DNA of 63,586 nt, counting the filler, from Craspedostauros australis (lineage: Eukaryota): the NCBI GenBank assembly GCA_030167865.1. It is 7 parts of 7 records of this genome, joined end to end, with 100 filler letters (N's around TTAATTAATTAA, not from the genome) between each part and the next. Parts side by side here need not be neighbours in the genome. Positions count along the whole stretch, not along the records: positions 61,811 to 63,586 come from JALAGF010005441.1; 6 more parts are not named here. The stretch is one strand, 5' to 3'. The translations under genes were made by a program, and so were the position numbers. Position 1 is the first letter of the stretch. The number at the start of each line of letters is the position of its first letter. The notes below the pieces were generated by a model that searched no databases, was not told the DNA's origin, and saw only the letters and a program-made list of their open reading frames with translations. Below are positions 61,811 through 63,586 of this stretch, piece after piece.

Positions 61811-63586
61811 TCCCTTTGCCTTCCAGTTGAGGTTCCTTCCATCGAGGATGAAGTTGTCTCTTTCGGTGTACTGGTCACATTGGGCCAGGTATGCAAGTTG
61901 GTTGACTTCTGTTGCCGTGAGGTTGCAGGCAAAAGAGATGGATGTCGTGTCCCATGGAATGTTCGTGTTGCACCCTGGTGGGTTCTGCCTCGGGTTCCCT
62001 GGATGGTTTGTTAGGGTGGGTACCCTTTGNNNNNNNNNNNNNNNNNNNNNNNNNNNNNNNNNNNNNNNNNNNNNNNNNNNNNNNNNNNNNNNNNNNNNNN
62101 NNNNNNNNATGTTCTTCCATGGGATGCCTTTCCTGGTACCTGTTGACAAAACAGATCGTTTGTTTTGCTTGGTCCTCTTATTCCCTCCCCTTTCTTCGGG
62201 GCCGTCATTCATGCGTTGGTATGATGGTGGTCCCGACGAACATGGAAGGTACGAAGATCCTGGGTCAGAATCTCCCCTGTCTGGCGCATTGCGGTTCGTT
62301 CGCGGTTTGTCCTTCTCGGTGGCACGCGTCGTGGGTGCCTTCGCTGTCCGTTTGGTTAGCGTTTGGGATCGGGTGACGGGTCCTGTGTTCCGTGCCTCCC
62401 CTGAATCAGGGATCCCGGTGGGTCGCGTCAGTTTGTCGGTCTTGTTCTCCCATGCCCGCGGGTGTGTCGTCTTGGCAGTCGCTGCATACCCTCTTTTAGG
62501 TGGGATCTTGGCTTTCCATCCTTGTGGGGTACCGGACAGTTCCAGCGGGGTCCGTGTGCTGGGGTTATCCGCCTCGGGGTCCATGTCTTGGTCGAAGNNN
62601 NNNNNNNNNNNNNNNNNNNNNNNNNNNNNNNNNNNNNNNNNNNNNNNGTCTGGATTATGGATCTGATCGTTCCATGGACGATGTTCTTCCATGGGATGCC
62701 TTTCCTGGTGCCTGTTGACAAAACAGATCGTTTGTTTTGCTTGGTCCTCTTATTCCCTCCCCTTTCTTCGGGGCCGTCATCCATGTGTTGGTATGATGGT
62801 GGTCCCGACGAACACGGAAGATACGAAGACCCTGGGTCAGAGCCTCCCCTGTCTGGCGCATCGGGGCTCGTTCGCGGATTGTCCTTCTCGGTGGCACGCG
62901 TCGTGTGTGCCTTCGCTGTCCGTTTGGTCAGCGTTTGGGATCGGGTGACGGGTCCTGTGTTTCGTGCCTCCCCTGGGTTGGGGATCCCGGTGGGTCGCGT
63001 CGGTTTGTTGGTCTTGTTCTCCCATGCCCGTGGGTGCGTCGTCTTGGCAGTCGCTGCATACCCTCTTTTCGGTGGGATCTTGGTCTTCCATCCTTGTGGG
63101 GTACCGGACAGTTCCAGCGGGGTCCGTGTGCTGGGGTTATTCGTCTCGGGGTCCATGTCTTGGTCGAATGTGACGCGCCTGTTGTTGTTTATACCCTTCC
63201 TGAAGGGGCGGACCACGCTTCGTACCAGTACACGTCGGGATTCGTCATCCAGCACGTGGTAGGTGAGGAAATCCCCATGGGACTCTGCCACGCCGAGCCA
63301 GTATCCTGACTTCTCTTTCGAGTTCGGGAAGGTAGCGTTAGGGTCATGGTACAAGATCTTCTCGTAGAATTGGAAGGTCAAGAGCGCAGAGATGTCGACG
63401 GTTTCTCCGTGTCGTACGGTGTATGGGATTGCGTATCGTAGGGACGGGTCTGATGTGTGGTTGTGCACGTAGCACATGTATCGGAAAGCGTGGAACCACG
63501 CCTTTGGTGGTGCCCCTGTCCGGTCAATGAGTGTCGTGACACATCGCTTCATGTACAGGATGGCGTTGTGCTCGGCCGGGTTCTGT
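61811..63586 (-). mobile_element. Ty1/Copia (CoDi-like) integrase C-terminal region
   Basis: QNPAE, GAPPKAW, YVHNH, GETVDISALL, FP.SKEKSGYWLGVAESHGD.LTY and LVRSVVR. The linker region is present twice across a gap. Confidence 0.85.

Overview
Eukaryotic nuclear DNA, most likely from a diatom (inferred from bipartite ASAF-type plastid presequences, GT-AG introns, CoDi-like Copia elements and Ambal-like LINEs). The window is not contiguous: six artificial N44-TTAATTAATTAA-N44 spacers join seven scaffolds, and many short duplications flank internal N gaps. Host genes: a STAND/AAA_16-type ATPase, a plastid RimP-like protein, a DDI1-like aspartyl protease, a DEAD-box helicase, an ABHD-type hydrolase, TBCE, a plastid membrane protein, an ABCB transporter and two tRNAs. 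These sit among nested transposons: two Ambal-like LINEs, three Copia segments, two LTR families, a PIF/Harbinger-like transposase interrupted by a MITE, and five pieces of a Sola3-like DDD DNA transposon. The main observations are: (1) the spliced ABCB gene has the permuted order TMD-NBD-NBD-TMD; (2) the Sola3-like family carries a conserved, gene-like, convergently oriented ~1 kb cargo block that shows no clear coding signal; (3) the LINE ORF1 has a hidden PHD finger split in frame by a TG..TA solo LTR; (4) a TA-flanked MITE with 22-bp TIRs splits the Harbinger-like transposase in frame. All family assignments come from motif recognition; no searches were run.
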